A DNA stretch of 64,000 nucleotides, taken from contig NW_015165900.1 in NCBI RefSeq assembly GCF_001447785.1, positions 63,593-127,592 on the forward strand, in the 5' to 3' direction. A program made the translations under genes and the position numbers. Positions 62,701 to 64,000 of this stretch are shown here, piece by piece (within the stretch, counting starts at the first letter, position 1; each line of letters opens with the position of its first letter). The notes beneath the pieces were generated by a model. That model was not told the origin of the DNA and did not search any database. It saw only the letters and a program-made list of their open reading frames with translations. This DNA comes from Gekko japonicus. Lineage: Eukaryota.

Positions 62701-63265
62701 TATCGTCAAAGGAAGCAGTGCCAATGTGGTGGTTGTACATGGTGAAATTGTGTCCATGATCATGTTAAGAATTTTTCACCATGTTTCAGAATTTCAGGAC
62801 GAAGCAACGGCAAACAGAAGCAAAGTTTGGGTTATGACAGCCCAGATAGATTTTACATCATTTACATTTCAAAGAGGTTGGAGCATAGACTTCCTCCATG
62901 GTGCCATATCCTTTGCAGTGCACTCAAAGGATGTGTTAGGATTCAGGGACTTTCTTCAGACCAGAAATCCTCTCTCAAACAAAGAAGATGGCTTTATCTG
63001 GGACTTCTGGGAATATGCATTTAATTGTTCTTTTCCCACCCCCACGATAGGTATGTACTCTAAGAAACTCTGCAGTGGGGAGGAGAAGCTGGAGACTCTT
63101 CCTGGGTCCATCTTTGAGATGTGCATGACTAGCCACAGCTACAACATCTACATTGCCATTTATGCTGTGGCACATGCTTTGCATGCCATGCATTCATCCA
63201 CAACTAAACACAGAGGGATGGCTGATCCAGGGAGACCAAAGCTTCTGAATCAACATCCATGGCAG
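59545..63265 (+). CDS. Vmn2r: V2R gene E, partial (continues past window): exons 59545-59762, 61577-61868, 62405-63265
   Basis: Signal peptide then [12 protein letters not shown]; [19 protein letters not shown]; [25 protein letters not shown]|GT; phases compatible. Confidence 0.9.
59905..60115 (+). mobile_element. tRNA-derived SINE (Squam2-like)
   Basis: GGCTGTGACTCAGTAGTAAAGC..GGTCCCAGTTTCAATCCCTGG head. Confidence 0.7.
60280..60485 (-). mobile_element. tRNA-derived SINE, inverted copy of the same family
   Basis: Reverse-complement similarity to 59905-60115. Confidence 0.65.
61345..61503 (+). mobile_element. 5S rRNA-derived SINE with RTE/BovB-like tail
   Basis: AAGCTAAGCAG..GTATTTGGATGGGAGA 5S internal promoter; CACCATAAGTCAG..GACGGCA tail. 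Confidence 0.75.
61577..61868 (+). CDS. Vmn2r: V2R E exon 2
   Basis: 292 nt, AG/GTAAG flanks. Confidence 0.92.
62405..63265 (+). CDS. Vmn2r: V2R E exon 3
   Basis: 861 nt open frame. Confidence 0.93.
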
Positions 63266-63590
63266 GTGATTTTTAGGGACGGGATACAGCAATTTTATTT
63301 ATTTATTTATTTGCATTTCTGCCCTGCATGCCCTCCCCCACAAGCAGGCTCAGGGTGGGTTACAACCAAATAAAAGCAATTAATTTGGTGGTCAGTGTAG
63401 GAAACCTCACTATACTGCGTGTGTCACTGAAACATTAATATTGACAAGGTGTGGGAAGCTTTTATTCGGGCAAGGCTACCAAGTCTTAGCTGTGTCATGG
63501 ACTTCCCTTTACAAGTGATGGGACCACCATTAATCCACAGGCAACTTCATTATTCTGGTCTTCTCAATTTACTATTACCAGGATTGTAGC

Positions 63591-64000
63591 CAGGGGTCAT
63601 TTCCTGCAGGAGCGCACAGGAGCGGAGCTCCGGCAGTAAAGAGCCCAGGAGGTGGGCACATGCAACAAGCCCCACCCCCTGCTCTCAGCAGCCCTCAGTC
63701 AGAGCAAGAAGCAGCCAGGTAAGCTGCAGAGATTCCCCCTGCCCCCCCGGTCCAAAACAGTCCAGTGGCACCTTTTAAGACCAAGGTTTATTCAGGTACA
63801 AGCTCTCCCTCCTCTGTGAGGACAGATCTGCACACACACACACACCCCAATAGCTAGCAATCCAAAACAGTTCAGTGGAGCCTGAGCTGTGGGTGTTGCC
63901 TTCTGACACACTTCCGGTGATGTCAGGGGGTGTGGCATATGCAAATAAGTTATGCTAATGAGTTATGCTAATGAGCTCCTGCACCTCTTTTTCTACGAAA
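63591..64000. mobile_element. hAT-type MITE, same family as 36755, inverted and cut by the window end
   Basis: CAGGGGTCATTTC start; ends with the reverse complement of 36764-36845. Confidence 0.8.

Overview
Vertebrate genomic DNA, almost certainly a squamate reptile and probably a gecko (Sauria SINEs, Squam-type tRNA SINEs, BovB, CR1). The window holds part of a tandem cluster of vomeronasal type-2 receptor (V2R, class C GPCR) genes with the canonical 6-exon layout. Three close paralogs lie on the minus strand: A (exons 1-3 only, 3423-8537), B (complete, 11907-22647) and C (24109-35826). Head-to-head with them on the plus strand are D (43622-55079) and the more divergent E (exons 1-3, from 59545, running out of the window). 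Introns and spacers are dense with transposable elements. Main observations: (1) both ends of gene C intron 5 are remodelled. A CR1 inserted exactly on the donor and the acceptor is tandemly duplicated, which predicts a possible 7TM-less receptor. (2) Gene D has lost its ancestral exon-3 donor and has an in-frame TAG, but an in-phase upstream donor would rescue it. (3) An old, diverged 160-175 bp repeat array sits upstream of the genes. (4) A U2 snRNA retro-fragment is nested in a CR1 and itself interrupted by a hairpin MITE. All coordinates were read by eye; repeat family names come from motif recognition, not a database search.
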